A stretch of DNA of 64,000 nt from Anolis carolinensis (GCF_035594765.1 NC_085845.1:197424897-197488896), one strand, 5' to 3'. Shown: positions 1 to 13,523, counted from the first letter of the stretch. Program-made: numbers and translations. The notes: generated from the letters alone by a model not told the origin.

Positions 1-1795
1 CAAGGCAGGAATCCACGTGTCCCTGGAGGCAATGGTTTTGGCGCATAGAGGTCTTGATCAGGTGATACTGTCTTACCAGGACTTGAGGATTTTTTTGTAG
101 CAAATCCTGTATCCATAAAGAAAAGGAGGGGAAAGATATTGTATAGGAGGGAAAAAACCAGAACTTTCAAGATTTAGAAACATGTGAGATTGAGTTAAAT
201 TCAATTTAAAACCAACACGGGCTATCAGTCACCTAAAATGTGCTTCTGAATACACCCAGAGACAGTTTCTTCTCTGGACTTTGCATGTTACATTCCAAAG
301 CTAACAGATACCTTGATAACTTGAAAAAATATATTGCCAGACTATCAATAAATTTCTTCTTGCCTGTTTTCTACCACATACCGGCAGCTTCCTAAAAGTT
401 GAAATACTTTCGCAAGTAAGCAAATCACAAGGATTCCCTTTTCATATTCATTAGCTCCAAAACATGATGTAAAGGAGTGGTTCTCAACCTGTGGGTCCCC
501 AGAGGTTTTGGCCTTCAATTCCCAAAAGTCCTAACAGCTGGTAAACTGGCTGGGATTTCTGGGAGTTGTAGGCCAAAACACCTGGGGACCCACAGGTTGA
601 GAACCACTGCTGTAAAGGAAGTGAAAAATAACCAAACCAACCAGTTTAAGAGGTATTCAACTATAAAACCATTATATCAAACCCTAAAAAGAAGTATAGT
701 TACATTACAGCCACATAGCATACTTTACTGAAATAGCTATGAAAATTATATCTTCGGCAGAAATATTCATTTGCAGCATGTGATTCTTAATGTGTGGTCC
801 TTGATCCCGCAGGGACCCATGAAACTCTGTTGTTGTTTTTTTGTCTTTCTTCCATGTACCTTTGAAAACTGTTTAAGTACATTTTTATGGGAAGAGAATT
901 CATTGCTTTCACCTCACTGGCATACATATAGCTAGGCATGCTTAAGAAATAAATTATGCTTAATATTAATCTTTACATAAAAGAAACCCCCACTTAAGTA
1001 TAAGAGCTTATACGATAGAGATCTGTAGCCTTTCTTTCCTGAAATTTTACAGGTTTTGTACTTTTGTATGCTTACCTCTGTGTCTCCAAATTACTGAAGC
1101 AGATATTGGAAAAACAGCCACATAAGATAAATTAAATGAGAGCACAGTATAATTACCTTTAGACTTTTCCGTGTCACCTAAAATCTCATATTTATTTTAA
1201 ATTATATTTAATTTTTAGCTCACCTTTCTCTTGAAGCAATACACATATATTACATTACATACCTAATCTAATCTATGAAATTTGCAAAACAGATAACATA
1301 AGCAATTCCTAACCTAATAAATCTGATTACAATGAAAGCTTGAGAATGAGCTTTCTTTTTTAGTCAAATGTAATACAAGATTCTGTACACACTTTGTAGT
1401 CATATTCAAATATATGGCCTTGTCAGTCTGGAATATCAGATGTGATTATGTATTATGTATTATTATTATTTACACAATAAGGTTAGTACACAGCAAACAA
1501 GATCACTATGCTGGCTGTTGCATTGGATCACATGTGGAACGCTACCTAAGTGTCTAGGACTATGTGATGTATCGGCGAATAATGTGTGAAGATCCGCGTA
1601 GGATGGCCTTTTGCAGCTGACAGATAGTCATTTTGTCAGCGCAGATTGTTTTTAAATGCTGGCCAAGGTCTTTAGGCATTGCACCCAGTGTGCCAATCAC
1701 CACTGGGACCACCTTTACTGGCTTGTGCCAGAGTTTTTGCAGTTCAGTCTTTAAATCCTTGTATCACGTAAGCTTTTCCAATTATTATTATTATT

Positions 1796-1828
<33 letters not shown>

Positions 1829-4171
1829 ATTATATTTATTCATACCCCGCTTTATCTCCCCCGAAGGGGACTCGAAGTGGCTTAACATAAAAGCATAATC
1901 ATAACCATTTAAATATGCAAATATACAAACATTAAAACAGGATTAAATATAGACAGTATTTAAAAATTCACAGTTAAAATCCATTAAAAGAAATTCAAAG
2001 TTAAAACCACAGCACCCCCCGAACTGATCTTAAACACCATCTTTAAAAGCCTGCCTGAATAGAAAGGTTTTAGCCTTTCTGTACCTGAAAGATTGAGAGG
2101 GAAGCTGGTAGCATAAGCTTTCATAGATTTAAGTCTACAAAAACTATTAACTTCTCTTTTAGTCTCAAAAGCAAGACACCTCTACATACTGTGTAAAAAT
2201 CCCATATTTTTCAGAATTCAGTCTAGCACAGCAAACCATGTTTCCATTTGCTGCCACCACATTGACTCATGGCACTTTGACAATTAAAACAAGGAGCCAC
2301 CATCTTCCTCCCTAACATGGAGCTGGAGGAGGGGTGGCAATTGTCTTTGCAGTTACAATGTGGATAAGGGGTCCAAAATGTATTAGGAAAGCCTCATGTC
2401 TTCCTTTCCAATTCACGCAAATCAAGGTGATCAGGCAATGCAGCAATGAAAGATGGTCCTGACGCACCATACCAATCCTCCTGTTAAAACGAGACCAAGT
2501 GTATCCACTCCACTGCCGTCTTTGACATTGATTACGGTTGGCAACAGACAATTAAAGCATATTTTCTGCTGTTTGCTGTTAAAATAAACCCCAGCTGTTT
2601 TCTTTTACTCCAATGATAAAGATGGCTACCTGCCAATACAGGGCACTTCTTCTCTGCACTAGCTTCAAATGTCTGGAATTGGAGATGTCTCATCTACATG
2701 AATATTTACCCAGCAAAGCATCGCTGTGTGCTATGGGACTTAATTCCATGGAAATGTGCACAGGATTGAATTGAAAGAGGTGGAAGGGAAATACTTAATA
2801 CCAAAGCAGTCTTATCATTTTAAAAAAGACATTGGATGGTTAGGGAAGTTAAATTTTTAGTTACGTGCGATCATATTAACAGTAACAGAATACTGTAATT
2901 GATAAAAATATTTCAGAATGTTTAAAACCTGGTCCTCTCTTCTCTGTCTGTCAAACTGAGACAGTCCATTTTTAACAGCTGCAGAATGCAAACTGAGAGC
3001 TGAGAGCTGAATTGTTTGGAATATGTTGTTACTGCAATATCATCTGCATCACAAAATTAAATCATAACAGTAGCACTGTTTGATAAGTTATTTCCAAAGC
3101 AACACATCAAGGGCAATCTTCATAAGCAACACATTAAGAATTTGTCACTGTTTATTTTACTATTTCACTATTTTAACCACCAGCAGCTCTAAACAAATTA
3201 CAGTAGAGTCTCACTTATCCAACATAAACGGGCCGGCAGAACGTTGGATAAGCAAATATGTTGGATAATAAGGAGAGATTAAAGAGAAGCCTATTAAATA
3301 TCAAATTAGGTTATGATTTTACAAATTAAGCACCAAAACATCATGTTATACAAAAAATTTGACAGAAAAAGTAGTTCAATATGCAGTAATGCTAGGTAGT
3401 AATTACTGTATTTGCGAATTTAGCACTAAAATATTGCGATTTATTGAAAACATTGACTACAAAAATGTGTTGGATAATCCAGAACATTGGATAAGCGAAT
3501 GTTGGATAAGTGAGACTCTACTGTATAACCATAGTCAAGAAATTAATGAACGAATTAATGAACTTGCAACTTCCAAACAAAGGAAATGAATATAATTACC
3601 AATACGAATGGTAGCCTTTCCTTTCCTGCCGTTTCCCAAGACAACCGTTCTTTTTTTTTGTTTATTTTTATTATCTTTTGAAGATGGTGATGGAAGCCAC
3701 TTGTACTGGAAAAGAGAAAAACACATAGTGTAGAGGTGTTTTAATTCAAGATACACATACTTTTAGAATTAGTACGCATTTACCCATATATATACAAGTC
3801 AAAGTCTGCCACTAGAATATACCTCCAAATTATTTCCATCAGCATTCAAAAGAACTCTTTCAATTATTTTCTTCATCAAAGCATTATCTACAAAGAAAGA
3901 ATAATAAAATGGTGATATTTATTTAACAGCAATTCATATCATGTGTTATTCATGCAGCTGTTCCTATTCCTACTTCCTAGCATCAGAGATCAGTGTGTTG
4001 AAATGAAGAGATAGCCTACACAGTGTCTCAGTGGCTCAGCCCTAGATCTAGCACATGACTAACCTACTTGGCCTAAGCACATTTTGTCATCACAAGATTA
4101 GAGACCTTGCCCTCAAACCATTTCTGACTTACTGCAAACCCAAGACATTGTCTTGGTCTTCATGTGAGGCT

Positions 4172-4213
<42 letters not shown>

Positions 4214-7200
4214 TGTCCAAGAGCTCCCGGTGCATTTCCATGACTGATCTAGGATTCAATCCCTGGCCTCCAGGAGTGTTGAGCACTCAAAACTCTACAT
4301 TGTACTGGCTCTCTACTAAAAATCGTGACAGCTAGCCACTTACTGCTTTTATGAGTAGCTGTTGTTTCAAGTCAAATGACTGTAAAGGAAAATGTGAAGG
4401 CTTTAAAGCAGGGGAGACTTCAGGGTCAGGCCATGTGCTGAATCCAACCCTCTAGAGCTCCCCTAATGGCCACCCTTAGTGACACTATACTTTGGTGCTT
4501 TCTCGGCTTGTATATTGTTTCCCAGAGGACTGAAATTCTTCTCTGAAGGCTTAAGACACAGTCTGTCCATGACTAGAATGCCCCAAAAATTGCTCTGGAA
4601 CTTTGGAACTTAAGCTGAATAAAGACTGATGCAGACAAACCAGAAGCTTACCCTGGTAAATAGAGCATTCACGCCAATCCCCTAAAGGTTTATCGAGTGC
4701 TGTTCTGAAGTAGTGTCACTTCTTTCATATAAACAAGGAGTTTCAGCCATCTCCTTACAGGCATTTGCTATTTACTTCCCATTTCTATGGGAAGGTGCAT
4801 TAAGAAAACATAAGGAAAGGCTTGAACGCCAAGAAGGAAGAAAAGATTAAAGTGGCCCTTATGTTTTCCATTTGTGGGTTGCTGTGCAGGTTGTTAGCAC
4901 AGGTAAACGTGACAATTCTCCTGTCAGAAGTCAATGTGCTTATGGCTGGAGAGCTATACCATTAGAGAACTAGTGTACCATTTTTAGGCCCGTCTTGCCC
5001 TTCCAAAGGGGACTCGAAAGTACAAAGAATACACTTAATTTCCCAGTATTTCAGCTTGAAGGAACATTATTTAGGGAATTATTGAACTTTTCAAATTCTC
5101 CCTCTTCAAGACAGTGAAAGAGAAACATACAAACCTACTAACGGATTTTTTCTGATGTCCAGAACCACAAGTGCGGAATTAGTTTTAAGTGCCTCAAGGA
5201 ACGATTTTGCTCCCTCGTTGGTAAGTCCACACTGCTGCAGGTCAAGCGCTAGAACATTAAGGTGATTTAACATTACCATTCTGTAATGGCCTGTGAGAAT
5301 TTAGAGACATTAACACTATCTACATAAATCAAATAGATTTCAAAGAATGCAATTGATGAAGTGGACTGAAGTCAACAGAACCATAAGCCAAATAAAAATA
5401 TGCTGCCCTGGGACTGTGTATAGCTCTCAATTATGTTTTTATAGCTCTAGACCCTTTCAGATTCCATACATTGATCCTTTTCGGGCCCAAAAAGGATGAA
5501 TTGCCATTCTTTCAGTTTGCTGGAATGGGAACTATTTTTTTTTATTGGTGGTAGGCCTTCAAAGTGACTTCTGGCCTCTTATGAATTTGCACTTTTCCTT
5601 GTTTTTTGCATTTTTTTTCAGTTAACTAGTTAGTTATTTGCATAATTCCTGCACCCTAGAGCAGTAAACCAGTGCTTTCACTTCCTACAATTGCATCTCT
5701 CACTAGACCCTTGTATTTTTTTTTAATCCAAGATTCTGCTCCTGGTGAAATGACAAGAGAAGTGATCAGAGCTGTTTCCAAATTAATTCAGAAGAGAGGT
5801 CACAAAGTTCTGGTGGCCTATGATCCAATATTTCAAAAAAGTAAACATCAAGAAAATATTAATACCAAATCATATTCAACCTCCATCCAGGATAAATATT
5901 TTAGTCCTCCAGTCATGTTTTTGTACAATATTTTTATCTAAAAGTTATAAGTAATAGATTAAGACTGAATAAGATTAAGCATTCAGTGAAGGGTTTTGTA
6001 CCTGCCTGAATGAGGATTAAAGATCATGTTGGAGTTGAAGGAGAAAGAGAGAGATATTGGCATTTTCACTCTGTACTCAGGACGGAGTCTTGAAAAATAG
6101 GCAAATGTTTAAAGATGTATTCTTACACCTGGCTCTAGATTGGCACCCACCTTTCAGCCACAGGTCTTCTCCGAGGCATTCAGCTAAAGTAGTAGCCCCT
6201 CGGTCGCCAATAAGAGCATTGCAGTTAAGAGAGACGCGCCTCAAGCCGGCCATGCAGTCCAAGTCAGGCCTTCTGTATCGTAGGCTCTCAGCCCAGACTT
6301 CCTCGTGTCTCTTCATAGCTTGATGCTTTTCAAAAACAAAGCATAGATATAAAAACGGATATTGAAGAGGCAAGTTTGGAGAAATAAAAAATGATGCTAC
6401 AGTGTTTAGTTAAGATCACAAATATGCATTTCAATTCCATTTCATTCTTTACTCTGAAAACAAATTGCGTGTGATAAATTCCTTAGAGGCTACCCAACCT
6501 CATGTCTTGCTGTAAACCTCAGGAGGTAATATTCGCAAATCGCTGTCTAAACAAAAAATAATGCTTTGGGATTTGTTTTCTACTTCTCTGAACTCATGAG
6601 ATGGGATAACGGTAAGTCAAACCTGAGTTGATGGCAAATAACAAAAATCCTAAGGATAGCAGCAAACAATTTGATACAGAATATAATAATTCAGAAATTA
6701 TTCTATCTCCCTGAGGGGACTCAGGACAGTTTCAGACAAAAGGAACTAAATGGCAAACATTCAATGCCAAAAACAGACAATGATAAATCAAATCAAAACA
6801 ATGGATAAAACAATCTCAAAATAAACTTATACAACTAAATAAAAATACATTAAAAAGTAAAACAACCAAAAACAGTGGGTCCTCCTGCCAAAGACATGCA
6901 ATCTAAAATATGTATATGCATACACAAACACAGAAGAAAGAAAGGAGTAATAATAATAGTAATAAATTTTATTTATACCCCGCTCCCTCTCCCCGGAGGG
7001 AATCAGGGCGGCTTACAGCAATCAAATAATACAGAAAACAAATGGCAATAATTAATATAACAAAAAAATTAATTACTTAGTATAATTAAAATGACATAAT
7101 AATATAAGTATTAATAAATAGCAAGATTAAAACTATTTGCTCTCTAAAAACAATCTAAATACAGTCACTGTTTAAACCAGCTATTCCTATTGTCAAGTGA

Positions 7201-9541
7201 TGCAATATAAAACTATATCACACAACTGTAAAACAAATTATCAAGATAAAATAAAAATGTAACAGAAAACAAGTTGAACAATACTTTTAAATCAAAACAC
7301 AAGATTAAAAAACATAAAATCATGTTAAACTAAAATTCCAAAATCCAGCTGGGAACAGCGTGACTCACAATTAAAAACCAAGCTTCAAAATCGATTTCAT
7401 AGAAACCAGTTTTACCTTTAGGATGCTGGCAATGTGTTCTGTTCCTCGCCACGTCAAACTACATCCTGTAAAATCTATAGATTTGATGCACTGTGAATTC
7501 TTCACACTTTGGCAAATGACTGAAAGCAGGAGAACACATTTCACTATTAATATAGCTTCAAGTTGCCATCTCTAATAGGCTAAATATAAAGTCATTTAAA
7601 AAACAAACTCGTTTCACATTCAATTCTAAAAAACTGGGAACTCACTTTCAGAACCTCCATCACCGATTGGGGAATGGGCCAGAGACAGTCGTTCTAAAGA
7701 AGTGGTGCTAGCCAACCCCTACAAAGCAAAGAACACCTTAAAGGAGGCACAGAACAGATATCCCTTTTCCTTAAACTCGTTTGTTACAACCGAGCAGCCT
7801 TACTTTTGTCAATAATGCTAAGTCTTTTTCCCTCAGAAGCAACCCCTGCAGTTCCAGATTTCTCAGTGAACTTGATATCATCAGACAGCCTTTGATCGCT
7901 TTACACAGTTGGTTAGTCAAGTCTTTGGATCGAATAGCTGGAATTCTCCTTCTTATATATGGCCCCTGTCTTTCACTACCTGCCAAAAAACAACAACAAA
8001 TTAAATGACATTTAATACAAGTACATAGATAATATGAAATTCATATCAAACTAAATTTTTACATTGGCACCCCATCATGCCATTTCATCTTTGCAATCAG
8101 ATTCACTTTCAGATGGATAGATTTGTTCGTCTTTAGAGTATGGAAAGTCTATTGTTTTTGCTACAACAGATGAACAATTTTTATTTCGACAGGGACTCAG
8201 ACAGGGGACTGAGTTCTACTTTATCAGATACATGGATGCCTAATGTCCATATAGGTTTATATCAAATATGATCTTGTCTTGAAAATGCCACAATGATCTG
8301 GTTACATCTACCCTGCAAAAACCCTTCGGGGTGAGAAGGGCGGAATATAAATACTGTAAATAAATAAATAAATAAATATTGTGCTATGCTAATAATATAA
8401 TTTATTGTAAAGGTAAAGGTTTTCCCCTGATGCTAAGTCCAGTCGTGACTGACTCTGGGGGTTGGTGCTCATCTCCATTTCTAAGCTGAAGAGCCGGCGT
8501 TATCTGTAGACGCCTCCAAGGTCATGTGGTCGGCATGACTGCATGGAGCACCGTTACCTTCCCGCCGGAGCGGTACCTATTGATCTACTCACATTGGCAT
8601 GTTTTTGAACTGCTAGGTTGACAGGAGCTGGGGCTAACAGCAGGTGCTCATTCCGCTCCCGGGGTTTGAACGTGGGAACTTTCGGTCTGAAAGTTCAGCA
8701 GCTCAGCGCTTTAACACACTGCGCCACCACCAGGGGCCCAATTTATTGTATGTACAAATAATTTGTAAGCCGCCCTGAGTCCCGTTGGGGTTTTTTTTTC
8801 GTGTCAGGAGCAACCTGAGTTGCTTCTGGAGTGAGAGAATTGGCCGTCTGCAAGGACGTTGCCCAGGGAACGCCCAGATGTTTTGATGTTTTACTATCCT
8901 CATGGGAGGCTTCTCTCATGTCCCTGCATGGAGCTGATAGAGGGAGCTCATCCATGCTCTCCTCGGGTGAGATTCGAACCTGGCAGCCTTCAGGTCAGCA
9001 ACCCAACCTTCAAGTCACAAGGCTTTTATCCCCTAGGCCACCAGAGGCTCCCCCTTTGGGGTGAGAAAGGCAAAATATAAATGCAGTAAAATATACACAC
9101 TCCACTTGCCTCACTGCCAACAGAACCTCTGAGAATGCGTGCCACAGATGCAGTGGAAGCATCTGGAGAGAATGCTACTGAAATATGGCCATACAGCCCG
9201 GAAAACTCACAGCAACCCAGTGATTCCAGCCATGAAAGCCTTTGACAACAAAGATAGCATGATGCTTCACCACTGAAATAATCCCTACCTGGGTCTGCAT
9301 GCCCTTGATGATGAAAGCTTTTGATGGCGATGGAAGTCAAGGTCTTGTTGTGCCTGACAGCAGCCAGGAGAGGCAACCAGTCAGGGCCTTTGATGCGATC
9401 TGCGTTGATATCCAGCACACCTTCAGGCTTCTTGACCTGCACAGAGGCCAGAGGGGCGCAGTCTTGAACTGCACACAGGTGCTCATAATGGGAGTAGAAA
9501 TCCAAGCTGCACTGCCTCCTGATTTGGACTGATTTGATCAT
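1..9541 (-). CDS. CEP78: Centrosomal protein of 78 kDa (LRR centriole protein), first 9 coding exons; continues beyond left edge
   Basis: Coding exons with GT-AG sites and consistent phase: 9541-9289, 7979-7804, 7718-7646, 7519-7416, 6325-6151, 5248-5135, 3887-3823, 3705-3600, 106-1 (partial). Peptides [62 protein letters not shown] and GKATIRIG match the vertebrate CEP78 sequence I recall. Confidence 0.95.
475..609. mobile_element. Palindromic hAT-type MITE
   Basis: TIR AGTGGTTCTCAACCTGTGGGTCCCCAG; 8-bp TSD ATGTAAAG/CTGTAAAG. Confidence 0.85.
1470..1782 (-). mobile_element. R4/Dong-clade non-LTR retrotransposon 3' end
   Basis: Minus-strand peptide [27 protein letters not shown]...QLQKA (restriction-like endonuclease C-terminus); flanked by (TAA)n. 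Confidence 0.7.
3201..3523. mobile_element. Tc1/mariner-type MITE
   Basis: TIR CAGTAGAGTCTCACTTATCCAA, TA TSD. Confidence 0.9.
8408..8737 (-). mobile_element. Sauria SINE
   Basis: tRNA-like head ggggcccctggtgg, conserved body gagcggtacctattgatct, (ACCTTT)n tail. Confidence 0.85.
8794..9051 (-). mobile_element. Second SINE family (copy 1)
   Basis: Reverse complement matches 55479-55736 (gacatgagagaagcctccca, ctctcacaccagaa, ctgacacgaaaaa). Confidence 0.7.
9120..9250 (+). mobile_element. Penelope-like pLTR fragment
   Basis: Same ggccatacagcccggaaaactcacagcaacccagtgatt...gaaagcctt terminus as the other copies; degenerate hammerhead. Confidence 0.75.
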
Positions 9542-9630
9542 TTCTGGAGAGTCAATGCTAAAAAGAAGGAAAACAAACACACACACACATTTATATCATT
9601 AATGTTATTGTAACTACTACTGTACAGACA

Positions 9631-9674
<44 letters not shown>

Positions 9675-10219
9675 CTTTATTTTTATACCCCGCCCCATCT
9701 CCCCGAAGGGACTCGGGATGGCTTACATGGGGCCTAGCCCGATAAAACAATCAAATATTAGTAACACAACTATAAAACAATTATACCAGTAAAACATCAA
9801 TATCAATAAAACAATTGTTAAAATCGACAAGAAGCATACAAGAAACATGCAATATTAAAACAGGAGACTAATTCATAAAATCCAGAACAGAATGTGCCAG
9901 TAGAAATGGACAATAAAGTGCAAAACAGCATTGGCAACACCTCAGAAATGGGGGCTATTATAAAATGGGCAGTCCAACATCAAATTAGGTGTCAAAGGCC
10001 TTTTAAATAATAATAAGTTTGAATTCTTACCCCCACTTCTCAAAGCCTTAGGTGGGCCACAACGTAATTAGAATACATAGATAATATCTTTAAGTGCATA
10101 GATCAATAACATAAAACCATTACAAACATAGATATTAAAGGACATAGGCATAAGGAACATTAAATCCATTTAATGTTACTCACAACTGGTTGATTATAAG
10201 CTAAAAAAATCAAGTCCTG

Positions 10220-10680
10220 GCTTCGGCTCCTCCCCCTCGCGCGTGCGACCGTTGCCTTGGTTTCCCAACTGCCTTTTACCTACTCTTCACCCCCACGTGA
10301 CGCGGAGAAGAGACTCTGATTGGAAGAGAGGGAGGGAAAAAGGGCGTAGCCATACAGACACGCCTTTTCCCCCTCTCCTCACGCATAACCCCGCCCTTTT
10401 TCGTACCCCTCCCACGTGACGCAGAGAAGAGGCTTCTCATTGGCTGATCCGTAAGAACCGTCCACTACCTTGTTTCCTCACATATAATTCCACCCCCTTG
10501 CCGCTACCGCCCGCACGTGATGCGTTGAAGGGAAACTCTGATTGGCCATCCCATAAAACCATGCCCCCTTCCTCGCCAACGCTCCTCCCCTTATTTTGCC
10601 ATTCCCATTGAGTCTCCCGCTGCCTCTGAGAGATTGTCACGTGACTTTGAAAAGATGGCGGGAAAGCTTGACCTGGTCTT
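10220..10680 (-). promoter_or_regulatory. CpG-rich promoter region of CEP78 (with probable non-coding exon 1)
   Basis: CpG-rich patch with four CACGTGA E-boxes, three CCAAT boxes, TTTGAA, AAGATGGCGG and GGCGGGAA. The ATG exon has a 3' splice site at 9558-9559, so an upstream exon is required. Confidence 0.7.
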
Positions 10681-10861
10681 GACACATTCGTTATAAAGGG
10701 GTATATATATATATTTGAAAATATATATATATTTAAAAGCCAAAAATTCTATATTTCGGGCTGAGGTCTCTTCACAGAGACAGGAAAATCCTTATTTATT
10801 TTATTTATAATATACTATTATGAATTGACTTAATATTTAATATATTTAATGATTTATATTA

Positions 10862-11172
10862 CAGTAGAGTCTCGCTTATCCAACATAAACGGGCCGGCAG
10901 AACGTTGGATAAGCGAATATGTTGGATAACAAGGAGAGATTAAGGAAAAGCCTATTAAACATCAAATTAGGTTATGATTTTACAAATTAAGCACCAAAAC
11001 ATCATGTTATACAACAAATTTGCCAGAAAAAGTAGTAATGCTATGGAGTAATTACTGTATTTACGAATTTAGCACCAAAATATCATGATGTATTGAAAAC
11101 ATTGACTACAAAAATGTGTTGGATAATCCATAACGTTGGATAAGCGAGTGCTGGATAAGTGAGACTCTACTG
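10862..11172. mobile_element. Tc1/mariner-type MITE
   Basis: Same TIR, TA TSD. Confidence 0.9.
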
Positions 11173-11179
11173 TATTTGC

Positions 11180-12245
11180 GTTGTCGAAGGCTTTCAAGGC
11201 TGCAATTATTGGGTTGCTGTGAGTTTTCCGGGCTGTATGGCCATGTTTCAGAAGCATTCTGACCTGACATTTTGCCCACATCTATGGCAAGCATCCTCAG
11301 AGGTTGTGAGGTCTGTTGGAAACTAGGAAAGTGGGGTTTATATATCTGGAATGTCCAGGGTGGGAGAAAGAACTCTTGTCTGTTTGAGGCAAGTGTGAAT
11401 GTTGCAATTGGCCAGCTTGATTAGCACTGAATGGCCTTGCAGCCTCAAAGTCTGGCTGCTTCCTCCCTGGGGTTATCCTTTGTTGGGAGGTGTTAGCTGG
11501 CCCTGATTGTTTCATGTCTAGAATTCCCGTTTTTTAGTGTTGTTCATTATTTACTGTCCTGATTTTAATACTTTAGCCAGATTTTGTTCATATTCATGGT
11601 TTCTTCCTTTCTGTTGAAATTATCCACATGCTTTTGGATTTCAGTGGCTTCTCTGTGTAGTCTGACATAGTAGTGTTAAGTGTGTTAAGTTTCTGTGTCC
11701 TCAAACAATATGCTGTGTCCACGTTGGTTCATCAAGTGCTCTGCTATGGCTCAATCAGTCTACAGTGCCTTTCGTGTTTTGATTCGTGTCTAGGCAGTGC
11801 TATGTTTGGTGGTCCCTCTGTAATAATAATAATAATTTTATAAGACTTGTCCACAGCTGCATGGTATATGGTAGACTCCTACAGAGGTGAGAGGATCCCT
11901 CTTGTCCGTCGCTGAATGTAGCATTTGTTGTATTTTCTTAGTGGGTCTGTAGATTGTAGGTTGTGTTTCTTCATCAGTTTGCCTATGCGGTCAGTGGTTC
12001 CCTTTTTGTATGGTAAGAGCACTTTTCCTCTGGGTGGATCTTTGTCTTTCCTCTCATGGCTTGTTCTTGGCTTTGCAGCTTTTCTTATGTTCATTGGCCT
12101 GTAGGGTCCAGTTTAGGTGGCTCAGTTCACCTTGGAGGAAGTAGGGTTCACAGATTCTTTTTGCACAGTCTGCCAGCTCTTTAATTGTGCTTCTTTTTTA
12201 ACTTGTGTGATGGTTGGAGTTTTTATGTAGGTATCTATCTGTGTG
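11180..12245 (-). mobile_element. Penelope-like retroelement, 5'-truncated and decayed (RT C-terminus, GIY-YIG endonuclease, pLTR)
   Basis: Minus-strand remnants HTDRYLHKNSNHH, LLPYKKGTTDRIGKLMKKHNL and GVYHIPCSCGQV (GIY-YIG); hammerhead relic at 11263-11303. Confidence 0.85.
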
Positions 12246-12246
12246 A

Positions 12247-12566
12247 GGGGGCCCTGGTGGCACAGTGTGTTAAAGCGCTGAGCTGCTGAACTTGCAGACC
12301 AAAAGGTCCCAGGTTCAAATCCCGGGAGCGGAATGAGCGCCTGCTGCTAGCCCCAGCTCCTGCCAACCTAGCAGTTCAAAAACATGCAAATGTGAGATCA
12401 ATAGGTACCGCTCCGGCGGGAAGGTAACGGTGCTCCATGCAGTCATGCCGGCCACATGACCTTGGAGGTGTCTTCGGGCAATGCCGGCTCTTCGGCTTAG
12501 AAATGGAGATGAGCACCAACCCCCAGCGTCAGACATGACTGGTAAAGGGGAAAACCTTTACGTTAC
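12247..12566 (+). mobile_element. Sauria SINE inserted into Penelope-like element
   Basis: Same body; flanked by duplicated CTATCTGTGTG (12235-12245 and 12567-12577). Confidence 0.85.
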
Positions 12567-13125
12567 CTATCTGTGTGGGTATCTATTTATATTATTTATT
12601 TGGAATAATTATATCCTGTTCTTTGTAATTATTTATTTAATATTTAATTAGTTATATTTATATTATTTATTTCGAATATTTATATCCTGCTCTTTGTAAT
12701 TATTTATTTAATATTTCATTAGTTATTTTTATATTATTTATTTGGAATGTGTATACCCCACAAAGGCCCACAGCATTTTTTCCCTAAAAATCCAGTACGT
12801 ATATAAATACTTAGAGTTAAAACATACACATCAATTAAAATGACTTAAAACACTTCACACTTTAAAAGCCTGGAAAGGAAGGCTTGTTTTTTAATAGATA
12901 AATCAAGACCCACTTGTGATTGTGCTGAAGTCGTGTCAAAACTGCATTAATTCTACAGTGTAGAATTACTTCAAAGGTACAAATGTCTTCAAAGGTACAG
13001 CACAAAATGAAGCTTAAAAAAAAGAAATCTATACTAATTTCATGTGCAAAATCTTTTCTCTTTATCTGATGTACCAAAAAGATCAATTTGAAACAACAGA
13101 ACATACAGTTGAAACATTTCCACAT

Positions 13126-13131
13126 TTTATT
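13126..13131 (-). terminator. Probable MYSM1 polyadenylation signal
   Basis: AATAAA on minus followed by a GT-rich tract. An alternative AATAAA lies at 13981-13986. Confidence 0.45.
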
Positions 13132-13390
13132 GAAGTATGGCTGTGAGAAGAATTTTTTTCCATTGTTTATACTTACGAGTTTTACTCCTGATTACTGGGA
13201 TAAAATGTAATATTACGAGGCGGATGTCTCTCTACTGTGCTTTTACATGGAAGGGGGCGGGGGGTCAAGTAAACGTATTGAGTCTTTTCTGTACAAATAC
13301 ACAATATTTACAACACACATTTACAACATGGATGTATACATTTTTTATAAAAAGAGTATTTGAAATATCACTTGGCACCACACTATAGAG

Positions 13391-13523
13391 CAGGCGTGGG
13401 CCAACTTGGGCCCTTCCGGTGTTTTGGACTACAACTCTCATAATTCCTAACAGTCAGTGGCTGTTAGGAATTGTGGGAATTGTAGTACAAAACACCTGGA
13501 GGGCCCAAGTTGGCCCATACGTG
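13391..13523. mobile_element. Palindromic hAT-type MITE (family also at 16067-16135, 31216-31333, 42140-42274, 44173-44279, 59058-59144)
   Basis: TIR CAGGC(A/G)TGGGC(A/C)AACTT; whole element self-complementary. Confidence 0.8.

Noticed and set aside
2280-2620. Unique-looking intronic block in CEP78, possible enhancer or extra exon (79-aa ORF)
   Set aside because: Not needed for the CEP78 frame and no conservation data available; cannot be supported from sequence alone.
3359-3589. Recurring [12 protein letters not shown] ORFs (also 30921, 32649, 22597)
   Set aside because: They lie in copies of the non-coding MITE; not a gene family.
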